From positions 32,612,001 through 32,676,000 of the forward strand of contig OX597823.1 of assembly GCA_951406725.2 (NCBI GenBank): 64,000 bases of DNA. Direction: 5' to 3'. Shown piece after piece: positions 37,340 through 50,122 of this stretch. This stretch comes from Octopus vulgaris. Its lineage: Eukaryota. Position 1 is the first letter of the stretch, and the number at the start of each line of letters is the position of its first letter. Position numbers and translations under genes: made by a program. The notes below the pieces were generated by a model. The model was not told where the DNA came from and did no database searches. It worked only from the letters and a program-made list of their open reading frames with translations.

Positions 37340-38860
37340 TACTGTAGATAGTCATAAATACTAAGATAAGCTAAGAAAGATAGGAAGAAAGGATGGGAGC
37401 AAATTAAGGCATTGTTAGGGGGAAATGTGTCAGGAATAATATGGGCACACTTGCCTTCACTGACACTGAGGAGGTGGAAATATTAGTAAGAGAGTTTATT
37501 GAATGGGGAGAATGTATGAAGCAGGGTGGGGAACAAAATGAAGTAAACTCAACAGAGGATCCAACCATTGAAGATGTTAGTCTGATTAAGAGGTGCAGCT
37601 GGACCTTCAGGGTCGTCTCTGATGTACAGTAGACATTTAGTGATGTAGGACACATGCTAGTCTTAGTCAATCAGATTATTGTCATTATTAAGATTATCTG
37701 TGACATTATAGGCCATCTATGGCCAGAGCCATTCTAACACTGATCATCTCAACTTTCCAGTGGTATCCAAAATTACATATCTTATGTGCTTTTTTTTTTT
37801 ATCTCTTTTAAGACATAGAGGTGTGGCTTGAAGGAATTTTTCAGCTATATCAGATAGGCTACTTCACCTACTGACTGACTAGCATGGCAATATTATAAAC
37901 AAGGTCAAAGGAGATGTCCAAAGCAGAGGCATCAAAAGGATGGAATACGTCATGAAAGTAAATGAAACAGTCTTAACACAACTGATTAGGAAGAAAATTG
38001 ACTTTAGTGGAGATGCAGTTTGAGTTTGCAACAAGGTAGGATGCAACCAATGCTCTTGTCCAACTAAGATAATTACAGATGAACTTCTACTATACTCAAC
38101 AGTCACTGATCTGGAGAAGGCTATTGACAAGGTACCATATTCCTTAGTTTGATGGTTGCTAACAAAACTAGATGAATGGTTCAAGAGCTGTGCAAGCCAT
38201 GTTCAGTGATGTCATCAGCAAAATGAGAGTTAAGTGTTCAGTAAGAAATTTAGTGTGCAGTTAAGTGCCATTGGGACGCAGTTTTTCAGCCTGCTCCTGT
38301 TTGTTGTAATTTTCTTATAAGAGAAAAACCATAAGAGAGCTTAAAGCAGAATGTTCGTGGAAACTGCATTATGCCGATGTCTTAATTCTTGTAGCTAAAT
38401 CTGTTGAAGAATTAAAATATTTTAGAAATGGAAAAAATGATTTAGAATTGAGAAGCCTCAAAGTAATTTTAGCAAAAACAAGTTTTGGTTGCAGGAAAGA
38501 AGACTGGACTCTCCTGCCACTAGGGTCATGCATAATGTGATTAATGTGCAGAAAAGGAGTCAATAGGTACTCCATATGGTGTACCTCAAAGGGTGTGCAA
38601 GAGATGTAGTGGGACAGACTGATAGAGAAGAGAGGTTTCATATAAAGTCAACAGGCAATAAGTAGTAGCTAGCAGTAAGAGCACTCATAAAATAAATTCT
38701 TTCAAATGCTCAGAAGGTTTCCCACAAATAATTGGTGGCTTCCTTTATTTTGGTGATCAAATTAGCAGCGGAGGAAGTTATTTCAAAAGTGCAATAACTA
38801 CAGTAAAAATGGGGTTGAAACTGTTCAGGAAGTCACCGAATTTGCTGGTAACAAAGAGAT
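37340..38860 (+). pseudogene. Decayed RTE-clade LINE RT region
   Basis: DLEKAIDKVPYSLV*W, RAVQAM, FSLLLF, LHYADVLILVAKSVEEL; many frameshifts. Confidence 0.8.
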
Positions 38861-39477
38861 TCTCTTTTTGAAATTTTGTTTGACCAATGCAGGCATGGAG
38901 AAGTGGACATTAGATGACAATGGTGGTGATGATTATGAGCAGAATATAAATTCTTTTTGATAACTTTGTGGCAAATTATTTAGGAGTTAACAGTACTTGA
39001 ATTGCAATGAATTCAACGATCCATCTCCTCCTTGCATGTGTCATCCAGTTGCTTGCCTCTGGGGACCCCAATATTAGACTAGACAGAAAAAATTTCATAG
39101 ATACATAATTTAAACAAAACAGTAGTCATTGTTATGAGCAGCTGGTTTAAAAAAACAAAAAGAAACAAAATCAGTGCATTATAAAATGTCTATATTTTCA
39201 GAAAATCTGGGAGAGACATGCAAATTTACAATGTCAAAGGTTATACTTCAACCTTCATGAAAACTAATTTTGTAGTCAAAATAAATACATAAATAAACAA
39301 TCTGTTCTAGTACCATTTCACTATTATTTGTTCATTAGTAAGAATGGTACTCTGAGGTTAAAATGTTCCAATAATTCAAGTAATAGTTTGTTAATGCTCA
39401 GAACCAGTCATTGTATTGTGAGGAATGTAGCATATAGATGATTGAAAATATAAGGTATAGATCTATCAGCTTACAAG

Positions 39478-39690
39478 TTTAATCTCCACTTTTCCATGCT
39501 TGCTTGGGTGACAGAATTTGTTGAGGTAGAATTTCTATGGCTGGATGCCTTTCCTGTTGCCAACCCTTACCTGTTTCCAAGCAACATAATATTTCCCCAT
39601 GGCTAGACATGTTTTTTATGAAATAATAGAGATAATCAGCATCACTTGTATGAAGGTGACAGTCAAGACAAAGGTACACACACACTCACT
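39478..39690 (-). mobile_element. SINE 3' half (RTE-type tail) next to (TG)n
   Basis: TCCACTTTTCCATGCTTGC..GGCTGGATGCCTTTCCTGTTGCCAACC. Confidence 0.75.
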
Positions 39691-39743
<53 letters not shown>

Positions 39744-40090
39744 GGAAAAGTCAAATTTTTGTGACCATTTTTTAAGGTGAAATTTATGGGGTTGACTATT
39801 CCATGGATACTATTTTTGAGGGGCTGAAATTCAAGCTAGAATCCGAAGTACCGTATCTGTAGCAGAAGCTCAACTGATCACTAAGCAAATAAAATCAAAA
39901 ACACAATGAATTACAGCTTCGAGCAGTCCATAGTAAATATAAAAAAAAGAAAACTTTCAGGAACAATAGCAGATTATTGAGATGGAATTCTTTTTTTTTT
40001 CTTTATCAAAGAACGATGAGCAAAAAAGTTCTTTTTATATTCCACGGTAGGCAACCAGGGTTGCTGAGTGTGCGAAAAAGAATACAAGTG

Positions 40091-40439
40091 TTACAGAGTG
40101 GAGCATAAAAAATCCAGGCTACATGTGATCATAGCGAGTGGAACATCAGAAGTGATAAAGTCCAAGTGAGGTGTATACCATTGGCTACTCTTCAGGCCAA
40201 GGATAACTTGATTGAAGCAAAGAAGGTTCAATCAAAATGTGTGGAGGGCACACATTCCAATTGAATCCTCTTTGTGTCAGCATGTACCCACTTACGACAA
40301 TGTAGCCTTTAATCTAATTAAGTTATCCTTGGCCTGAAGAGTAACTGGTGGTATACACCTCACTTGGACTTTACCACTTCTGAGGTTCTACTCACTATGA
40401 AATATATGTAGCCTGGATTTTTCCTACTCCATTCCGTAG
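40091..40439. mobile_element. Inverted pair of PLE terminal-repeat-like segments, each with a decayed hammerhead
   Basis: Arms at about 40091-40213 and 40316-40439. Plus copy 40331-40413 reads GGC-CUGAAGA-GUAAC..CUAU-GAAA-UAUAU-GUA-GCC; minus copy 40117-40198 reads GGC-CUGAAGA-GUAGC..GCUAU-GAUCACAU-GUA-GCC. Confidence 0.7.
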
Positions 40440-40732
40440 GATTTCTTCTAGGCATTACCCATCATTCTTGTGTTTGGCTGAAAGGCTGTATTTATTCCGT
40501 CTTCATCTATTGTTTCAAATTACATTTCTTTACTTACGTACATCCCCCTGTCTTGTCTCGTTTGCTTGAGCCCTAATTCTCCACAAATTTTGTGGGTGCC
40601 ACCAATATATGAAGTTCTCATTCTTATCGTTAAAGGTACAAAACTGAGTATTAGTATTTTTGGTTGATAACTGATGAAGAATTAGGGTCCTGTGTCTTTC
40701 CTACGTGTACGTTTGGTAGTATTTAATGCATT

Positions 40733-40827
<95 letters not shown>

Positions 40828-40831
<4 letters not shown>

Positions 40832-41031
40832 GCACAGATTTTTGTCAGTGAACAGGTCACGGTCTTATAGCGATGAAAATATTTTGACAAATTAAACTTA
40901 AATGTTGAAGTGAATCGATCGGCTTTTGTGTGTTTCTTAAATGGCTTACAAACACCTTCCACGCTGCAATTGTTTTCATTTCAGTACACGATCTCAGATC
41001 AAATCACTTGCTATGCAAGTACATCTCCGTA
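40828..41031 (+). mobile_element. About 205-bp cassette, copy 2, with G3:C8 hammerhead fold at 40841-40891
   Basis: TTTGTCA-GTGAACA-G-GTCAC-GGTCTTATA-GCGAT-GAAAATATTT-TGACAAA; two CpG-type transitions in stem II relative to copy 1; (TA)n on both sides. Confidence 0.8.
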
Positions 41032-43739
41032 AATATATATATATATATATGATAGGCTTCTTTCAATTTCTCTGTGCCAAATCCACTCACAAGGCCATAA
41101 TCTGCTCAGGACTATAGTGAAGACACTTGCCCATGGTGCCACACTGAAACTGAACCCAAAGTCATATGGTTGAGAAGCAAACTTCTTAAGCACAAAGCCA
41201 CACCTATTACCTCAGTTCATTAGAAATTGGTTTTAAGTTATTTAGAAATGTATTTTTGGCTGGAAGAATGGTTTGCTCTGTTATTGAAATAGTTGATGTC
41301 TTTAGCTCAGTCTTTATATTCCAGTAGGTATAAATGATTTACCTTACACGCCCTTACTGCAATTAAAGTTTTGGAGAGGAATAAATCATATTGATATTAT
41401 TGCTAGCAATAATATAGTATTAGTGAATTCTAAGATTTAGTTTTCAATGACTCAATAATGAATAATGAATGATAATAATTAATAATGAATAATAAATGAT
41501 AATAATTAATAAGATGTCATGTGCTTTTATACTTTGGTTGCATATTTCATCTGTTATTCATCATGCCGTTCATCATCATAAACCAAAATCATTACAACTA
41601 TAAAAGGCAAAGATTTCCAGAATACTTCCATTACAATGTTTTCTGTCTTTTTTTTTTCCTTCTTTTTCTTCTCTTCAATGCAGTTCCTAAGACAATTTTA
41701 TTTCCATGTTTCCTTGAATCTTGCTTAGTTTCCTCCTATTGTTCTGGATGTCATGAAACATAAAGTATATTGTACATGGTTCAGTACATTACTGAAGAAA
41801 TTCCACATAGAGGGAACATAAACTGTGCTACATGTTTGTGGAAGTAAATAACATGTATAGAAAGCAAAGGACACAAGCTGTGCTACAAGCGTAAAAGTAA
41901 AGAATATAAGCTGTGCCAACAATGATGATTCTTTTGAGTGAAGTTAGTGACTTATTCATTCAAGTGCGACACGTACTGTTTCTCTTTTTAGCTTCCACAC
42001 ACATGTAGAAGGATTTGTGATTTGTATTTTTACATATGTATAGCACAGTTGGCATTCTTTATTTCTACATACATGTAGCAGGTTTTTGTTTGTTTTTTCC
42101 AAACATGTAGCTCTTCAGTAAAATTAGTTGCTAACTTCACTTGAAAGCAGAGCTATCCTTTCCTTTTTCTCCAGATATTTTAATGATACGAATGCCAATC
42201 TTATTTCATTATTCTCTAAATACCAACTCTTTGAGAATTCAGGTAATTTATGTAATCTACAAGATGAATCTAGTTTTAATAGAATTTCTTCAATTCTTAA
42301 AATTTTATTTTTTAACCACAAATTAATCTCAGGATAATTACCAAGTGATTTCGTTTCTAAATGAAACACTTATACAACTCGTACCGAAGTATTTTTAAAA
42401 GTAAAAGTCTGTTAAATTTTTAGAATGTTTCCACACATCATATATTAGAGCTAGAAAGTTAGAAAGCTGTCATGTAATGGAGATTTAACAGGACACTGTA
42501 TCTATGTAATCAAATAAGAACCATTTCTCTTGAGTGCTCTGAAATCTAATAGCAGATGATATGGCATTAAACAAACTGCTATCCATATGACCAGTCCGCT
42601 GCCTTTAGAGACAACGATTGCAATATTGGTCTGAACTGCTGGCTTTGTTATTTCACTGCTTATTCCATGCTATTATATTAATAACATTGTGACATTTCTA
42701 TGGCTCTTGTATTGTCTGATAAGTGTTTTGCTAATTATCATCTTAAATTAATTATATTTGCTTATATTTTTCTGTTTATTGAATCAGTCCCAATACTATT
42801 TAGGTCTACAATACACTTGTTTTATCTTAAACAGAAAGCACTTAATGGTATTTGTTAGCTATTTCTCTTTTAAGAATATCTTAATAAAAATGCATACATG
42901 TGTGTGTGTGTGTGTGTGTGTGTAATATGAGTAACATCTCTTTTATTGATATAACTATAAATTTCACACCAATTGATTCTGTAATGATGATGGATCCACC
43001 ATCAGTTTTGATGATAAGCAATCAACTGAATTATCTCTGCATTAAATTAACAAGTATGTGGCTGAGTATTCCACAGATGTGCATGCCCTTGATGTAACTC
43101 TCAGGCAGAACCAGTATAACACAATATGTGATGAGTCAGGATGTTTTGAATTACCAGAACAATTGATTCAGCAGGTTTCCTTACAATTTCCACTTGCTCA
43201 CCTTCACTCTGTGAGGCTATTGACCTGAGGCTGTGTAATAAAATATATTTTCCCAAGTTTGCTACACAGTGAAATCGAACTTGAGATCTCATGGTTGCAA
43301 AACAAACTTCTTAACTGTTTGGCCATATCTGAATCCAGATGATTATGTATTATTAGGTTGGATAAGATTAAGGTGAATGTAAATCATTCTAAGATAAATG
43401 CTATAAAAGGTGTATGGGCATGTTAGATACACTAAGAACTTTTTCCTGGTGAAATTGGGGTGCATGAACCCTTTAGCCCAGATATTCCTAACTGTTTTAG
43501 CTCAAACTGGCCAAATCTGACCTCTTACACCTGCCCTACAGTGTCATTCTAAAAATAAAAAAATCTCATCATTGATTTCTGCTGGCTTTTTGGAATCCAC
43601 AAAACGACACTACAGCCAGAAGCCAATAGCCAAAGCTGAAAGGAGACAATCATTTACCTTCATGGTTCTTTAGTGACCAAAAGCTCAAGCATTGAGCTTG
43701 GCCAAAGCTCAATGGTTAATGGCGAAGGGAGGTAATCAC

Positions 43740-44042
43740 CAAGTATTTACCTTTATAGTGAGGCATTTCCCCCTCCATATTTTGAAGAGGTCTTAGGCCA
43801 GCAGTGTTTAGAGTCTGAAGATATACCATAATACTCTCCTGCTAAACAAACATTACTTCTTACCTCAGATAACCCTTGCGTGATGAAGGTTGGGGAAAGG
43901 GTGTTATTGTGGGATGCTATGGATGTGTTGTTGATGAGAAGTTGTGGGTTCTGTTGAGGGAGACTGTAGGCATGTTACTGATAGAGTTGTAGAGTGTGTC
44001 TGTGTGGGATGTTATTGAAAGTGTTGTGGAGTGCGTATGGAA
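43740..44042 (-). pseudogene. Second decayed Naiad-type PLE fragment
   Basis: PYALHNTFN..LY, and GKCLTIKV resembling the PLxGxCLxxxVIY motif. Confidence 0.45.
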
Positions 44043-45074
44043 GGCTAAATTTTTTATAAAATGTAAAAAAAATTTTAAAGTTCGTGCAAATTTTTAAATT
44101 TGTAGAAATCTCTGACCAAATTACATTAGAATAACAGCTAAAACAAAACAGCAAGTAATTAGCAGACATGATTTTCTTGTCTTATTTGCTATATATTTTG
44201 TCAAAACAAACAAGTTTCTACAAGGTCACTAGACCTACTAACCATAACAAATATCTTTTTAACATAACCATCAAAGGAACCTCTACATGGAGACATGATC
44301 TGCTAGCAATAACAGTTAATGTTTATCATTTCAGAAATGATCAAATATATTGCAGAAGTCTGTAATTTTCTTTAAGGCTTTACTGGGGTTAGTGGATAGC
44401 AAAACAAATACTAAAAATTCAATAAACAAAACATGCATACACACACACACTGTATACGTGTGTACTTACACACACACACACACACAATGTATACATGTGT
44501 ACTTACACACACGTCATACTTAACAGACATGTTTACATATACATCACACTTACATACACACTGTGCTTATATACATCATGGTTATTTATATACATGCTGA
44601 CTTACATAGATGCATACATGCTTACTCAAGTGTGTATTTACTTACCCATATGTGTTTGTGTGTTTCTTTGCTTTTTCATGTACATACATGCCTAGTTTCA
44701 TATGTACATGGGTGCATATTCACATGTATACATACTTTAGAATTTATACACGTTAACAAAAGTAAAAGAAATTGGTGGAATGTACCCATTTGAACATCAA
44801 GAAAATGTAAACATAACAGAACAGACGTGGTTGTTCTTGGACAGAGAATTATAAACATATACAGCTGCACAAGTTAGTTGGAGATGTAAATATTTTTTTT
44901 CTAGAATAAATGAGAGAACACCAATGGAGAACTAATGAGGAATTTACTAATTCTGTGAATTTACTAATTCTGTGAATTTACTCATTCTGTTCTCACCATT
45001 TGACTTAATATTTGTGGTTGTTGTTACTGGGTCACTTTGAAATGTTGATAACTACCTTATCGTCATAAGGAGCA

Positions 45075-45430
45075 TTATCGTAACGTCCACTTTTCAATCC
45101 TTGCTTGGGTCTGATGGAACTTGTAGAGGCAGATTTTCTACAGCTGGATGCCCTTCTTTTCATCAACCTTCACCTGTTTCCAGGCAAGTAATATTTTCCC
45201 ATTGGTCTCACATGTTTTTCACAGAAGACTGGAAGTGAGCTGCATTGCTTATGTGACGGATACACAATCAAACATAACGCAATAAATTTCTTTCAGCTTC
45301 TATCTGGCAAATCTACTTTGGTCAGCCCAAGGCTATCATAAAAGACACTTGCCCAAGCTACCTTGCAGTTAAACTAAACCTAAAAACCGCATGGTTAGGA
45401 AGCAAGTTCCTTAACCACACACCTGCACCT
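45075..45430 (-). mobile_element. CORE-type SINE with RTE-like tail
   Basis: AACGTCCACTTTTC tail through AGACACTTGCCCAAG to the head. Confidence 0.75.
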
Positions 45431-45500
45431 ACTTCAATACCAGAGTATTTTTCCATAAATTAGGCTTCTTAAAAATGGGAAGAATTTAATTAAATCTTAA

Positions 45501-45721
45501 CCCTTTACCATTCCAATTACTCTGTCAAACATGATGCTTATTTATTCACATTATATTGACTTAATCCTGCATTAATTATCTCATAAATTCAAGATTTTGA
45601 TATGGTTGTTCATTTTTAGAATGACATTGTAGGGTAGGTGTGAAAGACTGGATCTGGCCAGTTTGAACATAAAATATGTAAAATATTTGGTCCTGATATG
45701 ACCAATTTATATACTAAGGGG
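45501..45721 (-). mobile_element. piggyBac-type MITE
   Basis: TTAA-CCCTTTA...TAAGGGG-TTAT; inverted homologue of 59088-59307; a partial copy lies at about 43469-43575. Confidence 0.75.
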
Positions 45722-46132
45722 TTATGTAAAATAATTATTTCACAGATAGGTGCAAAGCTATAAATATTTGGGGTGTTTAGGAACAGTTATTCATCTAATC
45801 AATGCAAGCATGGAAAAACAGGTGTAAAACAAATGAACAAACAACATTTGATGACTAGCCCCCATTATAAACCCCATAGTATAACAACTGAATTTTATAT
45901 GGGAAACATTTCTTCAGCTGTTTAAATCTTCTTCCGTTGTAAAATTTAAAATATGTCCATTGTGTTGTTCAACTCCAGGTCAGCTCTGATTGAGAGACCT
46001 GTGGTCAAAGGGGTTAAAATTTGATTGTTTTGTCATTTAACAGGCTTGGGATATCTAGGAATACGTTATCTAATCTGTTCTTTCTGGACAGACAAGTAAT
46101 TTCAGGGAGATTCTGTTATCATATATGTATAT

Positions 46133-46177
<45 letters not shown>

Positions 46178-46204
46178 CATACATACATACATACATACAT
46201 ACAT

Positions 46205-46495
46205 GACTGATTCCTGTGCCGCCTGACTGGCATCTGTACCAGTGGTATGTAAAAAGTACTATCTGTATGTGGCCAATGTCAGTGCCGCCTGACTGGCTCC
46301 TATACCAGTGGCACATAAAAATACACACTACACTCTTGGGATGGTTGGCGTTAGGAAAGGCATCCAGCTGTAGAAACCTTGCCAAATCAGATTGGAGTCT
46401 GGTGCAGCCCCCCCCCCCCCAGCTTGCCAGTTTTCAGTCAAACCATCCAACCCATGCCAGCAAGGAAAGCAGACATTAAACAAAGATGATGATGT
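46205..46495 (+). mobile_element. SINE 3' part with internal duplication and RTE-type tail
   Basis: GTGCCGCCTGACTGG twice; GGCGTTAGGAAAGGCATCCAGCTGTAGAAAC; CCCATGCCAGC..GATGATGATG. Confidence 0.75.
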
Positions 46496-47049
46496 ATACA
46501 TATATATACATACATTGTGTGTGTGTGTTCCTTTCACACTACTTGGTGTATTTGTATCACCATAACTCAATAGATGAAACATTAATAAAGATAAACCTCA
46601 TTGTATTATACTGTACAGACTTTAGCCAACACTTAAGGTTATAGACAGATGTGAACACCTTGTCTCTTTATGTGCAGTAAGTGTGTAGATAGAAAATAGG
46701 GATCTTTACTGATAATGCAATAGTTATTAATCAAATGAGTTACCAAGAATGCATTGTATATGCAACTTGGGCTGTTTGATTTATTTAGGTTTTAGTAGCA
46801 ATGTTTTTAAGTTGTGTCTCCATGAACAGTTGTCGATGGGGACAGAGGGAAATGCAGTGAACGGGGAGCATGGGTGGAGGTATGGGCAATACAATGATAA
46901 ACAAATACCCAGCATGAAATGTAACCAAGATATTGCTGATTTTGAAAGTAATGACATCATGTGTAAAAGTGACAAAAGTAATGCATTCATAATTGAGAAT
47001 AAGATGAATATTTTGCAAAAACTAAACAGTTTATTCAACAACAAAAATT

Positions 47050-48900
47050 TATTACAATTAAGATAATGCCATCCAATTAAAAGTTAAACTAATTACTTAA
47101 TAAGCACACAGCTAAAAGCCTCTTGTTCAGCTACTCCCCTCCTACACTGAAGAAGAATTCACTCCAGCAGATATCTACACAAACAAAACAACCCCACTCT
47201 ACCCATATCTCAATTATAACACCGATACCCAAGATCACTAAAGCAATCAGATAACATTATCAAACTACATACTGGAAAGATATGGAATATAGTCATCTGA
47301 AGAATTCTTGGAGGTTTTAGAAGGCAATGAAGTAGACAACTTCTCCATTCTAGATTTATAAAGTCTGTTTACTAGAATTCCAGTGGCAGAAATAATGGAA
47401 ATCATATTAAATGTATTCAAACATCCATGTATAAAAACAACCCATGATACAAGCTATTAGGGTACTTTTACAAGTTAGGTATTCTTTCAATGCCTGCAAG
47501 ACAAATTATATAAGCAAAAAAGTTGTTGTAGCCATAGGTTCTCCATTTGATCACGTGTTTGTGGCATTCTTTGTGACAACAATTAAAAACAGTGTTACCA
47601 TGGCAGAAATGTACAATATATACAAGGCATGTGTATACTCATAGTGAACACACCAGTCAACATTGAAAGATGACCTAGAAAACAACTGTACTAAAATTCA
47701 ACATTCAGAATAATGTAAATAAAACTCTAGTAATACAATGACTCCATTTCAGAACTTAATCTTTCAGGTAGAAGATAAGATACATCACGTCCATTTACAC
47801 CAAAGACAAATAAAGGCATATATTTTGCCTGGTGATGGTGAATGTCCACACAAATACAAAATGTCAGTGGTAAAATCCCTACTTTAAAAAGCATTTAGGT
47901 TCTCTTCCACAAACAAAGCACTAAATAAAGAAAGCCACAAAATAAAGCAAATATGCATTAACAACTGGTCTTCCAAGAAACATTAATTTGAGTGAACACT
48001 CATTGTTAATTTGACCAAGTTTTAAAACATTACCATTGTTGTAACAACTACTTTTCCATGCTTGCATGGGTCAGGCAAGAATACATTAGAACAAAGTTTG
48101 TATGACTGGATGCCCTTTGTTTCACTCCACCCCCATTGCTTCCAAATGGAGTAATAATCTCCCAGTCTATTTGTCAATCCAGACATGTTTTATGTGGAGA
48201 ACAGGAAACAAAGGATGCTATATGATTGAGCCCTTTGTTTGCCATGATTGTGCAACATGTCGAGACATAAGAACCCTGGACATGCTTTTGTCTTGGACTG
48301 CAAGCAAATGATACTGTCAGGAAGCCATTGTCTATGAACCAGCAAAGGTGAGGGAAATATGAACATGCACAAACACATGTACACAGATTCACAAACACAT
48401 ATGCAATACAGAAAGACAACGCAGATACAAATATACACTTTTGTTAAACATATACAATGCAACAGATATATCAGATGCTGTGTTTTTTCAAAAATACATA
48501 AACTACATATAAAATATATGGTTCAAATATATATGAACTATAGAATATAACATGTTATGAAAAACCTAATAAAACAACATAAAATGTATTACATCAAGTT
48601 ATCTTCAATAATGCACTACAAAAAAGAAACAAAACTCTTCCAAAATTCAGAACCTTCTTATCAATAACAAATACAAGCATGTAAAACTGTGAATGTGCTA
48701 CTAATGACCAACATGATTTATAAATTCAGTTGCAAACATGAAAGTTATAAACTTTGATTTCAACTTGGCTATGTGCATAGAACACTATCACCAGCTCACC
48801 ATTGACTTATGATGATGAACAATTGTGAGGTACTAACCACAATATAGAACAAAACTAGACAGGGAAACCTAAGTGGGTTCTCTGCAAAAAAGACAAATGT
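47050..48900 (+). mobile_element. Decayed Penelope/Poseidon-type PLE, interrupted by a SINE at about 48040-48200
   Basis: SSEEFLEVL..LDL*SLFTRIPV, VAIGSPF (for GVAMGSPL), TSIYTK, ECPHKYKMSVVKSL, and IYKFSC (start of a GIY-YIG domain). Confidence 0.75.
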
Positions 48901-49750
48901 TGGAAACAATATTTATTACATAGCACAATGCTAAAATATATGTACACATAAGAAACACAGCTGTAACCTACACCAGTGTCGCATAACCAGCACACTCAAA
49001 AGTACCTTGGATCGTAGGGTGACATGCCGTGCTTGAGGAGTCAAGGACATCAATATCAAAATCAAATCAAATGAAAATTGTAGCTGTGAGCCCCGTGCCA
49101 CTAACACATAAAATGCACCATCCGAACGTGGCTGATGCCAGCTTCTCTGGCCCCTGTGCTGGTCAGCCCGAGGCTATAGTAGAAGACACTTGCCTAAGGT
49201 GCCATGCAGTGGGACTGAACCCAGAACCATGTGGTTCGTAAACAAGCTACTTACCACACAGCCACTCCTACACCTATTGACAAGTAGTAATGATAATAAT
49301 AATAATAATAAAATAAGTAAAAAAAGAGCCTGTGTGTGTGTTTCTTATTGGCATAATAACTATCCCAAGATAGAACGAAAACAGCCTACATCTCCTTGTG
49401 TAGGTAAACTGTCAATCTCTTCAGATAAATAGTTGTGGATCACTCCAGTCATATCGGTTACAAATATGTTGATGAACATGTTCCTTAATTGCTATGTTTA
49501 TAATTGAACAGCTACCTTTGCGTAACTTTTTAGTATAGTTATTTGGTATTGCTATGTCTGTAATTAGAAGACTGTTGCTTTTGTCACAGGTGTCATTGAT
49601 GTCTGGCTTATTATTTTAACTGTATGATTCACTGCACAAAGCAAGTGCAGCTCCATGTGTCCCAGCTGTGTTGTTTCTCTCTTGTATTGGCAGTACTCTA
49701 TATAATGCAATGCTTTGTGATGCTATTTTGTGTCCCTATGACATATATAC

Positions 49751-49793
<43 letters not shown>

Positions 49794-49984
49794 AGTGTGT
49801 GTGTGTCTGTGTATATAATTAATTGTTAATTGACAAGTTTCATATATATCACTGTATTGACCAAACTTTTGGATATTGTTATACACTGCTGATCACTATG
49901 CACTTCTTTGCACTGTTGTACCTTTTGAATGATGTCACCCTGCTGCTGGTTTAGTGAGTAGAATGGCAGTCCATTTCAGAGTCT

Positions 49985-50122
49985 CTAATTTACAGCTGAG
50001 TGAACTGGAGCAGTGTGAAATGAAGTGTTTTGCTCAAGAACACAATGTAATGCCAGTCAGGGAATCAAATGTAAAATTGCAAGATCATGAGTGCAACGCC
50101 CTAACCACTAAGCCATGCGCCT
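49985..50122 (-). mobile_element. tRNA-headed SINE 5' part
   Basis: Minus strand GGCGCATGGCTTAGTGGTTAGGG..GTGTTCTTGAGCAAAACACTT..CACTCAGCTGTAAAT. Confidence 0.75.
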
